A stretch of 64,000 nucleotides of DNA from Candidatus Cloacimonadales bacterium. Lineage in GTDB: Bacteria > Cloacimonadota > Cloacimonadia > Cloacimonadales > DAONDQ01. The stretch covers positions 1,120,001-1,184,000 of the forward strand of contig OY759316.1 in assembly GCA_963662275.1 (NCBI GenBank), written 5' to 3'. A model generated the notes under the pieces. That model saw nothing but the letters and a program-made list of their open reading frames with translations. It had not been told where the DNA came from and made no database searches. Positions 24,501 to 33,003 of the stretch are shown piece by piece; the stretch's first letter is position 1, and every line of letters starts with the position of its first letter. A program made the position numbers and the translations under genes.

Positions 24501-27500
24501 ACTTCCGGCGCAGTCATCCGCTACACGCTGGATGGCAGTGAACCAAGTGAAGCTTCAGCTTCCTATACTGCTGCGATCAATATCCCTGTGAACACAACGA
24601 TGACGATCAAAGCCAAGGCATTCAAAACCAACTGGGATCCAAGTGCTGCAACGACCCAGACCTATGTGATAACCGGTCAGATCGTATTCAATCAGCCTGT
24701 GTTTAATCCTTCCGCTGGAATTTATACTTCAGTACAGACAATCAGCCTGAATACTGTCCTGCCGGCAGATGCAGTAATCAAATACACGACAGATGGAACG
24801 GAACCAAGTCTTGGTTCTTTCACTTATTCTGCACCATGGTCATTGCCTTTAAATAGTACTCTGGATCTTAAGGTAAAGGCATTTAAGACAGACTGGATTT
24901 CCAGCCTGACCTATTCTGCCTCCTATATAGTAACCGGACAGGTGACAATGACTCAACCTGTTTACTCTCCCATACCAGGTCTTTATACGACCCCGCAGTT
25001 GATCAGTATCATCAGTAATGTAACACCATCCAATGCAGTTATTCATTATACAATAGATGGAACCAGCCCAACTGAAAGCTCACCGATCTATTTAGACCCC
25101 ATCAGTATCGGAGCAAATCAGCAAATGATTATCAATGCCCGTGCTTATGCCAACAACTGGATACCAAGTGATGTTCAGACAGGTGTGTATAATATCACAG
25201 ACATGGTAGCACCTGTTGCCTTCAATCCATTAGGCGGAACCTACACTACAGCACAGAATGTCTTCCTGACAACCGCTACTGATGGAGCTACCATTCGTTA
25301 TACAACCGATGGCAGTGAACCTAATACTGGCTCTCCAGTATACTCTTCCTCGATACCAGTACCCCTTAATACCAATATGACAATCAGGGCGAAAGCCTTT
25401 AAAACGAATTGGACACCCAGTAATATAACATCACAGTCCTATGTGATTACGGGTCAGGTTGCATTCAACCAGCCTATCTTCACACCTGCTGCAGGTATCT
25501 TTACTACGGCACAATCAGTATCAATCAATGCACCAATACCTGTTGATGCTACTATCAGGTATACGATAGATGGTACTGATCCCAGTGAATCAGTGGGAAC
25601 TATCTATGCAGGTTCAATCAATGTCAATTCAACCCAAACGATCAAAGCGATTGCCTATAAGGCGGATTGGACCAGCAGTGTTATAGTTTCTGCTGCCTAC
25701 GAAATCACGGGACAGGTTAGCAATGTGACTTTCAATCCTCTGGGCGGGACATATCAAACTGCTCAGGATGTTACTTTATCCACAGCGACTTCCGGCGCAG
25801 ACATCCGCTACACGCTCGATGGCAGTGAACCAAGTGAAGCTTCAGCTTCCTATACTGCTGCGATCAATATCCCTGTGAACACAACGATGACGATCAAAGC
25901 CAAGGCATTCAAAACCAACTGGGATCCAAGTGGTACAACGACCCAGACCTATGTGATAACCGGTCAGATCGTATTCAACCAGCCTATGTTCAGTCCTGCC
26001 TCCGGAACATATACATCGGCACAGACGATTAACCTCAACACTGTAATTCCTTCAGATGCTGTGATCAGATACACGACAGATGGAAATGATCCTATTCAGA
26101 CCTCAGCGATTTATACTCCTCAGACAGTACCGTTGAGCAGTTCTCTTAATCTCAAAGTAAAGGCATTTAAGACAGACTGGATTTCCAGCCTGACCTATTC
26201 TGCCTCCTATATAGTAACCGGACAGGTGACAATGACTCAACCTGTTTACTCTCCCATACCAGGTCTTTATACAACCCCGCAGTTGATCAGTATCATCAGT
26301 AATGTAACACCATCCAATGCAGTTATTCATTATACAATAGATGGAACCAGCCCAACTGAAAGCTCACCGATCTATTTAGACCCCATCAGTATCGGAGCAA
26401 ATCAGCAAATGATTATCAATGCCCGTGCTTATGCCAACAACTGGATACCAAGTGATGTTCAGACAGGTGTGTATAATATCACAGACATGGTAGCACCTGT
26501 TGCCTTCAATCCATTAGGCGGAACCTACACTACAGCACAGAATGTCTTCCTGACAACCGCTACTGATGGAGCTACCATTCGTTATACAACCGATGGCAGT
26601 GAACCTAATACTGGCTCTCCAGTATACTCTTCCTCGATACCAGTACCCCTTAATACCAATATGACAATCAGGGCGAAAGCCTTTAAAACGAATTGGACAC
26701 CCAGTAATATAACATCACAGTCCTATGTGATTACGGGTCAGGTTGCATTCAACCAGCCTATCTTCACACCTGCTGCAGGTATCTTTACTACGGCACAATC
26801 AGTATCAATCAATGCACCAATACCTGTTGATGCTACTATCAGGTATACGATAGATGGTACTGATCCCGGTGAATCAGTGGGAACTATCTATGCAGGTTCA
26901 ATCAATGTCAATTCAACCCAAACGATCAAAGCGATTGCCTATAAGGCGGATTGGACCAGCAGTGTTATAGTTTCTGCTGCCTACGAAATCACGGGACAGG
27001 TTAGCAATGTGACTTTCAATCCTCTGGGCGGGACATATCAAACTGCTCAGGATGTTACTTTATCCACAGCGACTTCCGGCGCAGACATCCGCTACACGCT
27101 CGATGGCAGTGAACCAAGTGAAGCTTCAGCTTCCTATACTGCTGCGATCAATATCCCTGTGAACACAACAATGACGATCAAAGCCAAGGCATTCAAGACC
27201 AACTGGGATCCAAGTGGTACTACGACCCAGACCTATGTGATAACCGGTCAGATCGTATTCAACCAGCCTGTGTTTAATCCTTCCGCTGGAATTTATACTT
27301 CAGTACAGACAATCAGCCTGAATACTGTCCTGCCGGCAGATGCAGTAATCAAATACACGACAGATGGAACGGAACCAAGTCTTGGTTCTTTCACTTATTC
27401 TGCACCATGGTTATTGCCTTTAAATAGTACTCTGGATCTTAAGGTAAAGGCATTTAAGACAGACTGGATTTCCAGCCTGACCTATTCTGCCTCCTATATA

Positions 27501-30500
27501 GTAACCGGACAGGTGACGATGGCTCAACCTGTTTACTCTCCCATACCAGGTCTTTATACAACCCCGCAGTTGATCAGTATCATCAGTAATGTAACACCAT
27601 CCAATGCAGTTATTCATTACACAATAGATGGAACCAGCCCAACTGAAAGCTCACCGATCTATTTAGACCCCATCAGTATCGGAGCAAATCAGCAAATGAT
27701 TATCAATGCCCGTGCTTATGCCAACAACTGGATACCAAGTGATGTTCAGACAGGTGTGTATAATATCACAGACATGGTAGCACCTGTTGCTTTCAATCCT
27801 CTTGGTGGCACATATGCAACTGAGCAGGATGTCTTCCTGACGACTGCTACAGATGGCGCTACCATTCGTTATACTACAAATGGCAGTGAACCTAATACCG
27901 GATCTATACTTTATACTTCAGCTATTACCTTACAGCAAAATACAAATGTTACCATCAAGGCAAAAGCCTTTAAGACTAACTGGACAACCAGTAATACCAC
28001 ATCACAGTCTTATGTGATTACGGGTCAGGTTGCATTCAACCAGCCTATTTTCACACCTGCTGCAGGTATCTTCGCTACTGCACAATCTGTATCGATCAAT
28101 ACACCAATACCTGCAGATGCTACTATCAGGTATACTACAGATGGTACTGACCCCAGTGAAACAGTAGGAACTATCTATGCTGGATCAATCACAGTCAGTA
28201 CTTCTCAGGTCATTAAAGCAATTGCCTATAAAGCAAATTGGACTAGCAGTGTGATAGTTGCAGGTACATTTGAAATCACAGGGACAGTTGCTCCAGTAAC
28301 GTTTAATCCTAATGGAGGAACTTATACTTCTTCGCAGAATATATTCCTGTCAACGACAACGGAAGCAGCCAGTATCAGGTATACAACAGATGGAAGTGAA
28401 CCTAATTCTGGATCTACACCATATATTTCAGCGATAACGGTTCCATTCAATACCAGCATGGTCATCAAAGCAAAGGCTTTTAAGAGCAACTGGATACCCA
28501 GTATCACTACTACACAGACTTATGTAGTAACTGGACAGGTAGTCTTTAATCAGCCTGTCTTTACTCCTGCTGCTGGTATCTACTCATCTGTTCAGACAGT
28601 AACTATCGCTGCTCCAATTCCTGCAGATGCTACTGTCAGATATACTATCGACGGTACTGACCCAAGTGAGAGTGTCGGGTCGATTTATGTCGGATCAATT
28701 ACTGTCAGTTCATCGCAAATCATTAAAGCAATAGCGTATAAAGCAAATTGGACTAGCAGTATTATAGCTGTTGGTGCATATGAAATCACTGGTATAGTAG
28801 AACCTGTTACTTTTAACCCCAGTGGTGGTACGTATGCTACAATGCAGAATGTGTTTCTTTCCACAACAACAGAATCTGCCAGCATCCGCTATACTACCGA
28901 TGGTAGTGAACCAACTTCATTATCTACGCTGTATACTTCAGCGATCATGATACCGATAAATACCAGCATGACTATTAAGGCAAAAGCCTATAAGACAAAC
29001 TGGACTCCTAGTATTATAACAACACAGTCTTATATTATTACAGGTCAGGTTGTCTTGAATCAACCTGTCTTTACACCTGTTGCTGGTATCTATTCGACTG
29101 AACAGACAGTTACTATTAGTACTCCAATACCTTCAGATGCGACAATCAGGTATACGATAGATGGCACTGATCCCAGTGAAACAGTGGGAACTATCTATAC
29201 TGGATCAATAACTGTCAGCACTTCGCATACAATTAAAGTTATTGCGTATAAAGCAAATTGGACAAGCAGTGTTATAGCTATAGGTACATATGAAATTACA
29301 GGCACTGTTGCTCCAGTAGCTTTTAACCCTAATGGCGGATCATTTACCTCAGCGCAAAGTGTTGTGCTAACCACATCAACCTTCGAAGCAACAATTCGTT
29401 ATACAACTGATGGTACGGAACCTACAAGCGGTTCTACACTATATACTGCTTCGATCATTGTACCACTCAATACCAGTATGACCATTAAGGCAAAAGCCTT
29501 TAAGACTAATTGGAATCCTAGCAATACGACAACACAAACCTATGTTGTTACCGGTCAGGTTGTTTTTAACCAACCTGCATTCTTGCCTGTAAGTGGTGTT
29601 TATGCTTCTACTCAAACGGTTACAGTAAATACACCAAATCCGAGTGATGCAATTGTACGATATACGATAGATGGTTCAAATCCAAGCGAGACGGTGGGAA
29701 CAATTTATACAGGTCCCATCACAGTCAATACATCTCAAACTATTAAAGCCATCGCGTATAAAACCAATTGGATTAGCAGTATTGTTACCTCAGCAAATTA
29801 TGAAATAACCGGGCAGGTTGCTAGTGTTACATTTGGTACACCGGGCGGTACTTATCAAACGACTCAGGATGTTACACTTTCAACTACAACAGCCGATGCA
29901 GTCATTCATTACACTACTGATGGCAGCAATCCAAGCGAAGCATCTGCTCCATACTTTGATCCTATCAATGTACCATTAAACACAACTATGACGATCAAAG
30001 CTATTGCCTACAAAACCAATTGGCTCCCAAGCTTAATGACAGCGCAGATCTATACTGTAACAGGTCAGGTTGCTATTAACCAGCCGGTGTTCAGTATTCC
30101 AGCGGGGACATATACATCTACTCAAGAAATCACAGTGAATACTGCAATTCCAACGGATGCGATCATCACTTATACATTAGATGGAACGGAACCAACAATT
30201 AGTTCTACTCCATACACAGTTCCATTAAATGTTCAGTTGAATAGTTCTATGGATCTGAGAGTTAAAGCATTTAAAACAGATTGGATTTCAAGTCAGACCT
30301 ATTCATCTCTGTATACAGTAACAGGCCAAGTTACAATGACACAGCCAGTATTCACACCTGAACCGGGTTTGTATATGACAGCTCAGCAAATTAGTATCAA
30401 TACGAATGTCATTCCAGCTACAGCCGTAATTCACTATACTTTAGATGGCAGCAGTCCAACTGAAAGTTCACCTGTTTATGAAACTGCTATCAGTATTGGA

Positions 30501-32990
30501 ACTAATCAACAGGTCGTTATCAATACCCGGGCATTCGCCAACGACTGGTTACCCAGTGATGTTCAGACAGGTATTTATAACATCACTGACCAGGTAGCAC
30601 CGGTTAGCTTCAATCCTCTTGGTGGAACATTCCAAGTTGTACAGAATGTATTATTGACCACAGCGACGGATGGTGCTTCAATCCGTTACACAACGGATGG
30701 AAGCGAGCCTACTGTAAGCTCTACTCTTTATACATCTGCAGTCGTTGTACCACTCAATTCCAATATGACTATCAAAGCTATAGCTTACAAGACAAACTGG
30801 ACTCCTAGTGTTATTACAACTCAATCATACGTAGTGACTGGTCAGGTTGCCTTCACCCAGCCCACATTCTCTCCAGCAGGTGGTATTTACACATCAGCCC
30901 GAACTGTGACAATCAGTTCACCTATCCCTGCTGATGCAACTGTTAGATATACAACTGATGGTACGAATCCGAGTGAAACGGTGGGAACCATTTACACAGG
31001 AACTATTTCAGTCAGTTCAACACAAACCATCAAAGCTATCGCATATAAGACAAATTGGACCAGCAGCAGCATAGCCTCTGCTTCATACGAGATAACTGGT
31101 CAGGTGGCAGCGGTTACCTTCAGCATTCCTGGAGGTACTTATCAAACTGCCCAGAATGTAGCTCTTTCAACAACCACATCTGAGTCAGTCATCCGTTATA
31201 CTCTTGATGGTAGTGAACCTAGCGAGGCATCTGCTTCCTATACTTCTCCGATAGTTATTCCTTTAAACACTGGTTTACAGATCAATGCAAAAGCCTTTAA
31301 AACAAACTGGGATCCTAGTATCACAACACTTGAAACTTATGTGATAACTGGTCAGGTTGCATTCAATACACCAGTGTTCAACCCAATTGCTGGAATCTAT
31401 ACATCTGCTCAAACATTAGCAATTAACACTGTATTCCCAACCGATGCTTCCATACGTTTTACAACTGATGGAACTGATCCAAGCTCTACCGTGGGAACAC
31501 TCTATACACAACCGATAGCAATTGACTCTACGCAAACCATCAAAGTCATTGCTTATAAAACAGACTGGATTTCCAGTGCTGTTATGACGAGTGCATATGT
31601 AATTACTGGTCAGGTAGCTCCTGTTGCGTTCAGTCTACCTGGAGATACATATCAGACTGCTCAAACGGTTGCTCTCTCAACAATGACTATTGATGCATTA
31701 ATTAGATTTACAACTGACAGTAGTGAACCAAACGTATCATCTACTGTCTATACTACACCTATTCAGATTCCATTGAATACGACGATGCTTATCAAAGCTA
31801 AGGCATTTAAAACTGATTGGATACCAAGTGAAACGACAATGCAGACCTATGTTGTTACTGGTAATGTCATATTCTCCAATCCACCTATCTTCTCCTTAGC
31901 GGAAGGAACCTATAGTACAGCTCAAGTAGTATCTCTAGGTGAAACTTCACCAGCAGATGCTCAAATCAATTATACATTGGATGGGTCAACACCTTCCGCA
32001 ACTAATGGAACACTCTATATTGCTCCAATTACCCTGAATGCAAATACAATACTTAAAGTAATCGCCTTCAAGAATAATTGGGTGGATTCAGATCCAGCTC
32101 AGGCAGCGTATAACTTCCAGACTGCTGATCCAGTACTTTCAAATACAAGTGGAATTTACTCTGAAGCATTTTCTCTTACTCTGTCTTGTACTACAGAAAA
32201 TGCTGTGATTCACTATACAACCAATGGAACTGAACCGGATGCTTCTTCACCAATCTATACAGATGGAATCCCAATAGTTGATAATGTTCAGGGCTTTGTA
32301 GTCAAAGGTAAAGCATTTAAAGATAATTGGCTCACAAGTACATCGGTTAGTGGTACTTATTCCGTACTTCTCTTACCAGTCAATGTGAGAGCCAATTCCT
32401 ATGAGGGTTACATCCGAATCTCATGGAATTCTCCAATTGTAGGTCGAGCCTTAGATGGTTTCAATGTTTATCGCAAACAAGTAGGAGATCCGGGATTTAC
32501 TAAGATCAATACTTCAGGTTTAGTGAACACCTATTCACCTCAGGATACTGTATATTACTTTGATGATTATACCATCCAGCAGACACAACCAGGTCAATCT
32601 AATGAATCCTATCAGTATTATGTGACAGCGGTCTACAGCGGTGTAGAGAGTAATCCTAGTAATTACACTACCATTGAATATGTCACTCAAGGTCAGCTCA
32701 TTAGTGCAGCAACTCATGTCTATCCAAATCCTGCCACAAATTCCTGTAAAATTCAATTGGTACTCAGTAGGAGGGATAATGTCCAACTGACAGTTACCAT
32801 TTATGATTTTGCAGGGAAAAAAGTGCAGACTCTCATCGTGCCGATTTCTAATTCAAACAAGATAGAGATTCCTTGGGATCTGACAACTTCCGGTGGTGCG
32901 AAGGTGGCGCGTGGTGCGTACTTTGCCAGGGTGGTAGCCAATAATGGCACAGACCGTTCCGAGAAAATCATCAAGATCGCAGTGAAGTAA
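12504..32990 (+). CDS. Giant 6828-aa secreted surface protein: signal peptide, cadherin/Ig-like N-terminal repeats, roughly 70-75 chitobiase/Fn3-associated (CHB_HEX_C_1-like) repeats, FN3 and T9SS/FlgD-type C-terminal domain
   Basis: N-terminal signal peptide; VNDAP motifs; recurring ~85-aa unit P.F.P.GG.Y...I.YT.DG..P...IKA.A.K..W; C-terminal YPNP...IYDFAG...W...GAYFA; repeat count estimated from length. Confidence 0.85.
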   Translation: MKRIFYVILMVIISLSILNAAPTDWLKLSGSAITPQVIQDIQNSNRDVRGPSFNFTSPYNLPTTAEIAVSNLFLEDTSWTKDFTTLVIPAGGTYYLYYSNPEHFTITQDLVNPLILTFAPKPLNWNGSEMVILTVSDVPLGRESRAYSTAIIRLNVTPVPDPPILNFPLIFPPEFLEDTTLTVNFADYVQCVDSAPNNFDLYLSQTQLPPYNVEISQVPANIGQIVTFTPKHDFNGEVNFVLTAVDRTTSALVSTTITVDVQAVNDAPVIDSFIPILTNQNIEQYSTLNFSIVAHDVDLTPLDYSWTVSGTHNGVPFSDVFSTLSTGAYTFNFPGLYTVEVDVNDGVNHVHQTWNVTVAPTGPIFNPWGGVYLHPVSVTLTPPAEYPTAPIYYTINGTLPDNTSLLFNPANPILISAGLNNDNIVTVKAIYYETGLPPSSIITQNYQITGTVHAPVFSPDPAVYYPNAQQVHISTPTIGASIYYTIDGTDPVVGAPNTFLYSDLTPIDVPLNTTKVIKAIAMKTDWQASSIVTATYNVTGTVVISHYEFNPSPGHYDVPLGDVLDVNINNIVLAPMDAVLHYTIDNSIPTTSSPVYNAGHTFIFSTPTTIRIRAFKTNWQPSDIISVEYDIAGQVVIDRYPDPNNTVFNPAPGIFSTSQNVTINSTIPPGGSIYYSLDGSDPVVGGLTTFQYFGPVLITSSKIIKAIATYSGLRQSPVYQGGYTITGTVATPAFMPPAGVYPSSQEVEISCATPGASIYYTLENNLIGSEPVIGAANTFLYTAPFTVTVPVGYSTLKARAFLNTWEPSAITTGIYSIARLPMPSFNLVSGTYPVSQTIHITDVSERAAKIYYTLDGTDPTEDSNLYNDISPIVLAENTTTIIRARAFKAGWNPSDVAARTYTITGTVSDPQFAPPSGTYPLPTDVSIFSTTPGSTIRYTTNGVVPTPTFGTVYSDPIHVSSGLTIKAIAYQADWNNSNVTEATYIISGIVGNPVFTPPAGIYANAQQVYLGVSPIDASIIYTIDGSDPSEIHGTLFNAANPILVSSSHTTIKAFAYKLGWTSSQIVTADYYITGAVAAPTFDPAGGEYASAQSVNLNCTTPGASIRYTVDGALPSATVGIPYDPLIPILITQSTNVRAVAYKTDWITSPVSNAIYTINGIISSPIFSPIGGSYNSPKFVSIRTFPVDATIRYTTDGSIPTEIYGTEFVSGNTIPIGVATTINAIAYKNNWQTSLVSTASYSFNVDSPVFTPSAGVYAGNQTISISCPTSLVTDGISIRYTINGPDPTPTIGIEYLSSFEISSSPTTIRAIAYKTGWNNSPVVISTYVINGAVRTPEFSVAPGTYLNTFNVSISTMPTDATIYYTLDGSIPTDHSDIYNEAIPITRSTILKAIAYKSAYLNSGVAEANYILKVTKPVFSPLPNTFNTAQTITLTTPTPGAQIRYTLDGVTTPSSAIGTFYAGPFSINSNTTIRAIAFMPTFDWENSDVAEGVYMFNLNPPTFSPSAGQYDAAQSITLSAGTASIRYTLDGTDPSDVNGLPYNSPILLTEATTIRAIAYMAGWNNSTIAIAPYTFKVATPIFSRNPLNIYGSAQDVAISTSTDGAAIRYTTNGVDPTETDGLPYVGSIHIDGNTLIKAVAYKTNWISSRAEANYKFEVAKPEFTPPSGTYTTAQSVSLSSPTSATESGVEIRYTVDGPEPTPLFGTVYVAGSTIDFPINTSRTIKAIAYKSNWQNSVVNMAVYLITGTVTMSEPVFSVLSGTYQSAQDVSILSSVFPADAVIHYTTDGSVPTEASPVYAGAVTVPLATITTIKVRAFKADWIPSAIYSETYNVTGKIAIPTPLFTPAAGDYLNAQFVTLNTSTTLAGTHVYYTLDGSDPTEASPEYVFGSQIVIPQGATTTLRVRAFRVDWIPSDIATAVYHISNKVVFNQPVFNPPAGLYATSQSVVINTAIPAEATVHYTINGTDPTLASPVYTIPIIVAGNSPLVIKACAFAPGFADSNIETAVYNANVVPTPIFSLASGTYTEFPQFLTISVPEEGATIRYTLDGSEPTATSTLYSGVITLNTNNTYTFKAKAFKDTWVNSLTASATYIITGTLPSVVFNPVGGTYPVSQNIILTSPVEGTSIHYTIDGNDPNAASPLYSAPINLALGTNTTVKAIAMKYGWVNSNVRSEVYNITGQVVFSLPVFTPVGGVYSSAQSVTISSPTPPDATVKYTVDGSDPSELNGTTYTVPFTVNASQTIKAIAYKSDWISSSIASVSYDITGLVADVTFDIPGGIYQEAKNITLTSLTPGAVIRYTTNGSEPSEASATFTGAITIPLNSTMVIKAKAYKANWITSSTTSQTYTITGQVVFNQPVFTPVAGNYTTAQTINLNTVLPADAIIKYTTDGTEPNLGSFSYLAPLLLPLNNSLNLKVKAFKLDWTPSETYSASYNVTGQVTIAQPIFTPDPGLFQTPQTIHINTSVVPADAVIHYTLDGSNPIESSPVYTDPISIGANQQLLIKIRAYAANWIPGEIQSGLFTVTDQVAQVAFNPVGGTYSTVQNVLLTTPTDGATIRFTTDGSEPNEGSTIFTSTITIPLNTSLTIKAKAFKTSWTPSITTSQSYVINSQVVFNQPIFTPAGGTYSSDQTVSINTTLPNDATIKYTVDGSTPSLINGIVYGGPILINANTTLKVKAYKDNWQDSEIAQATYVFQTDNPILSLASGTYATSQTLTITSPTVDSQVRYTIDGTAPSALNGTIYLIPIPINNSQTVKAIAYKTGWNPSAIVSGIYEITGQVADVTFSTPGGTYQTAQNITLSTMIVGAAIRYTTDGSEPDETSATYLNSIYTPFNSTTTIKAKAYKTNWNPSTTTSQTYIITGQVAFNHPVFNPPAGIYTTAQTISLNTVLPADAVIKYTIDGSEPDMGSYTYAAPWLLPLNSTLDLKIKAFKTDWTPSLTYSAFYTITGQVTMAQPVFDPAPGLYATAQAIHINTNVTPASAVIHYTVDGSTPTESSPVYGAPISVGPDQQMIINVRAFAANWIPGDIQTGVYNITDIVAPVTFTPLGGNFTTSQNILLSTTTDGATIHYTTDGNEPSSGSALYTSAIVIPLNTSMTIKAKAFKTNWTNSVTTSQTYVVSGQVAFAQPVFSPAGGVYTSSRNITISAPIPADATIRYTTDGSEPSESNGTIYTVPISVGASQTIKAIAYKANWISSAIASASYEITGQVADVTFGTPGGTYQTAQNITLSTVTTGAVIRFTLDGSDPNEFSASYNAPINIPLNTIETIKAKAYKTNWITSSTTSQAYIITGQIAFNQPVFNPLAGIYTSPQMISLNTVLPADAVIRYTTDGTEPNLGSRIYAAPWLLPLNSILILQVKAFKEDWIPSLTYSASFEITGQVTMSQPVFDPAPGLYATPQTIHINTNVTPATAVIHYTIDGSIPTESSPVYGASINIAANQQMIISVRAFAANWIPGDIQTGVYNITDMVAPVTFTPMGGNFTTSQNVLLNTTTDGATIHYTIDGTEPSIASELYTTAIAIPLNTSLTINAKGFKTNWTNSITTSQTYVVTGQVAFAQPVFTPAGGVYTSSRNVTINSPIPADATIRYTTDNTDPSESNGTIYTIPILVDATQTIKAIAYKANWISSSITSASYEITGQVADVTFGTLGGTYQIAQNITLSTVTVGADIRFTTDGSEPSEASASYTAPINVPLNSTETIKTKAFKTNWDPSNTTSQTYVITGQVTMAQPVFTPGPGLYTTPQTISINSSVIPVDAVIHYTIDGTIPNESSPVYLNPIGIGANQQMEIKVRAYAANWIPGNVQSGLFIITGQVSDVAFNPLGGTYTTAQNVLLSTATDEATIHYTTDGSEPTTGSPVYSSSIPVPLNTNMTIRAKAFKTNWLPSNITSQSYVITGQVAFNQPIFTPAAGIFTTAQSVSINAPIPVDATIRYTTDGTDPSESVGTIYAGSINVNSTQTIKAIAYKADWTSSVIVSAAYEITGQVSNVTFNPLGGTYQTAQDVTLSTATSGAVIRYTLDGSEPSEASASYTAAINIPVNTTMTIKAKAFKTNWDPSAATTQTYVITGQIVFNQPVFNPSAGIYTSVQTISLNTVLPADAVIKYTTDGTEPSLGSFTYSAPWSLPLNSTLDLKVKAFKTDWISSLTYSASYIVTGQVTMTQPVYSPIPGLYTTPQLISIISNVTPSNAVIHYTIDGTSPTESSPIYLDPISIGANQQMIINARAYANNWIPSDVQTGVYNITDMVAPVAFNPLGGTYTTAQNVFLTTATDGATIRYTTDGSEPNTGSPVYSSSIPVPLNTNMTIRAKAFKTNWTPSNITSQSYVITGQVAFNQPIFTPAAGIFTTAQSVSINAPIPVDATIRYTIDGTDPSESVGTIYAGSINVNSTQTIKAIAYKADWTSSVIVSAAYEITGQVSNVTFNPLGGTYQTAQDVTLSTATSGADIRYTLDGSEPSEASASYTAAINIPVNTTMTIKAKAFKTNWDPSGTTTQTYVITGQIVFNQPMFSPASGTYTSAQTINLNTVIPSDAVIRYTTDGNDPIQTSAIYTPQTVPLSSSLNLKVKAFKTDWISSLTYSASYIVTGQVTMTQPVYSPIPGLYTTPQLISIISNVTPSNAVIHYTIDGTSPTESSPIYLDPISIGANQQMIINARAYANNWIPSDVQTGVYNITDMVAPVAFNPLGGTYTTAQNVFLTTATDGATIRYTTDGSEPNTGSPVYSSSIPVPLNTNMTIRAKAFKTNWTPSNITSQSYVITGQVAFNQPIFTPAAGIFTTAQSVSINAPIPVDATIRYTIDGTDPGESVGTIYAGSINVNSTQTIKAIAYKADWTSSVIVSAAYEITGQVSNVTFNPLGGTYQTAQDVTLSTATSGADIRYTLDGSEPSEASASYTAAINIPVNTTMTIKAKAFKTNWDPSGTTTQTYVITGQIVFNQPVFNPSAGIYTSVQTISLNTVLPADAVIKYTTDGTEPSLGSFTYSAPWLLPLNSTLDLKVKAFKTDWISSLTYSASYIVTGQVTMAQPVYSPIPGLYTTPQLISIISNVTPSNAVIHYTIDGTSPTESSPIYLDPISIGANQQMIINARAYANNWIPSDVQTGVYNITDMVAPVAFNPLGGTYATEQDVFLTTATDGATIRYTTNGSEPNTGSILYTSAITLQQNTNVTIKAKAFKTNWTTSNTTSQSYVITGQVAFNQPIFTPAAGIFATAQSVSINTPIPADATIRYTTDGTDPSETVGTIYAGSITVSTSQVIKAIAYKANWTSSVIVAGTFEITGTVAPVTFNPNGGTYTSSQNIFLSTTTEAASIRYTTDGSEPNSGSTPYISAITVPFNTSMVIKAKAFKSNWIPSITTTQTYVVTGQVVFNQPVFTPAAGIYSSVQTVTIAAPIPADATVRYTIDGTDPSESVGSIYVGSITVSSSQIIKAIAYKANWTSSIIAVGAYEITGIVEPVTFNPSGGTYATMQNVFLSTTTESASIRYTTDGSEPTSLSTLYTSAIMIPINTSMTIKAKAYKTNWTPSIITTQSYIITGQVVLNQPVFTPVAGIYSTEQTVTISTPIPSDATIRYTIDGTDPSETVGTIYTGSITVSTSHTIKVIAYKANWTSSVIAIGTYEITGTVAPVAFNPNGGSFTSAQSVVLTTSTFEATIRYTTDGTEPTSGSTLYTASIIVPLNTSMTIKAKAFKTNWNPSNTTTQTYVVTGQVVFNQPAFLPVSGVYASTQTVTVNTPNPSDAIVRYTIDGSNPSETVGTIYTGPITVNTSQTIKAIAYKTNWISSIVTSANYEITGQVASVTFGTPGGTYQTTQDVTLSTTTADAVIHYTTDGSNPSEASAPYFDPINVPLNTTMTIKAIAYKTNWLPSLMTAQIYTVTGQVAINQPVFSIPAGTYTSTQEITVNTAIPTDAIITYTLDGTEPTISSTPYTVPLNVQLNSSMDLRVKAFKTDWISSQTYSSLYTVTGQVTMTQPVFTPEPGLYMTAQQISINTNVIPATAVIHYTLDGSSPTESSPVYETAISIGTNQQVVINTRAFANDWLPSDVQTGIYNITDQVAPVSFNPLGGTFQVVQNVLLTTATDGASIRYTTDGSEPTVSSTLYTSAVVVPLNSNMTIKAIAYKTNWTPSVITTQSYVVTGQVAFTQPTFSPAGGIYTSARTVTISSPIPADATVRYTTDGTNPSETVGTIYTGTISVSSTQTIKAIAYKTNWTSSSIASASYEITGQVAAVTFSIPGGTYQTAQNVALSTTTSESVIRYTLDGSEPSEASASYTSPIVIPLNTGLQINAKAFKTNWDPSITTLETYVITGQVAFNTPVFNPIAGIYTSAQTLAINTVFPTDASIRFTTDGTDPSSTVGTLYTQPIAIDSTQTIKVIAYKTDWISSAVMTSAYVITGQVAPVAFSLPGDTYQTAQTVALSTMTIDALIRFTTDSSEPNVSSTVYTTPIQIPLNTTMLIKAKAFKTDWIPSETTMQTYVVTGNVIFSNPPIFSLAEGTYSTAQVVSLGETSPADAQINYTLDGSTPSATNGTLYIAPITLNANTILKVIAFKNNWVDSDPAQAAYNFQTADPVLSNTSGIYSEAFSLTLSCTTENAVIHYTTNGTEPDASSPIYTDGIPIVDNVQGFVVKGKAFKDNWLTSTSVSGTYSVLLLPVNVRANSYEGYIRISWNSPIVGRALDGFNVYRKQVGDPGFTKINTSGLVNTYSPQDTVYYFDDYTIQQTQPGQSNESYQYYVTAVYSGVESNPSNYTTIEYVTQGQLISAATHVYPNPATNSCKIQLVLSRRDNVQLTVTIYDFAGKKVQTLIVPISNSNKIEIPWDLTTSGGAKVARGAYFARVVANNGTDRSEKIIKIAVK
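24045..27790 (+). repeat. About three near-identical tandem copies of a 1284-1287 bp (five-domain) unit inside the giant gene
   Basis: CCAGTATACTCTTCC at 24048, 25335, 26619; CCAGCCTGACCTATTC at 24901, 26185, 27472. Confidence 0.9.
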
Positions 32991-33003
32991 GGGGGAGGAT
33001 AAG

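Noticed and set aside
24045..27790. Diversity-generating retroelement template/variable repeats
   Set aside because: Copies are in-frame tandem domains, differences are not obviously adenine-restricted, and no reverse transcriptase is present
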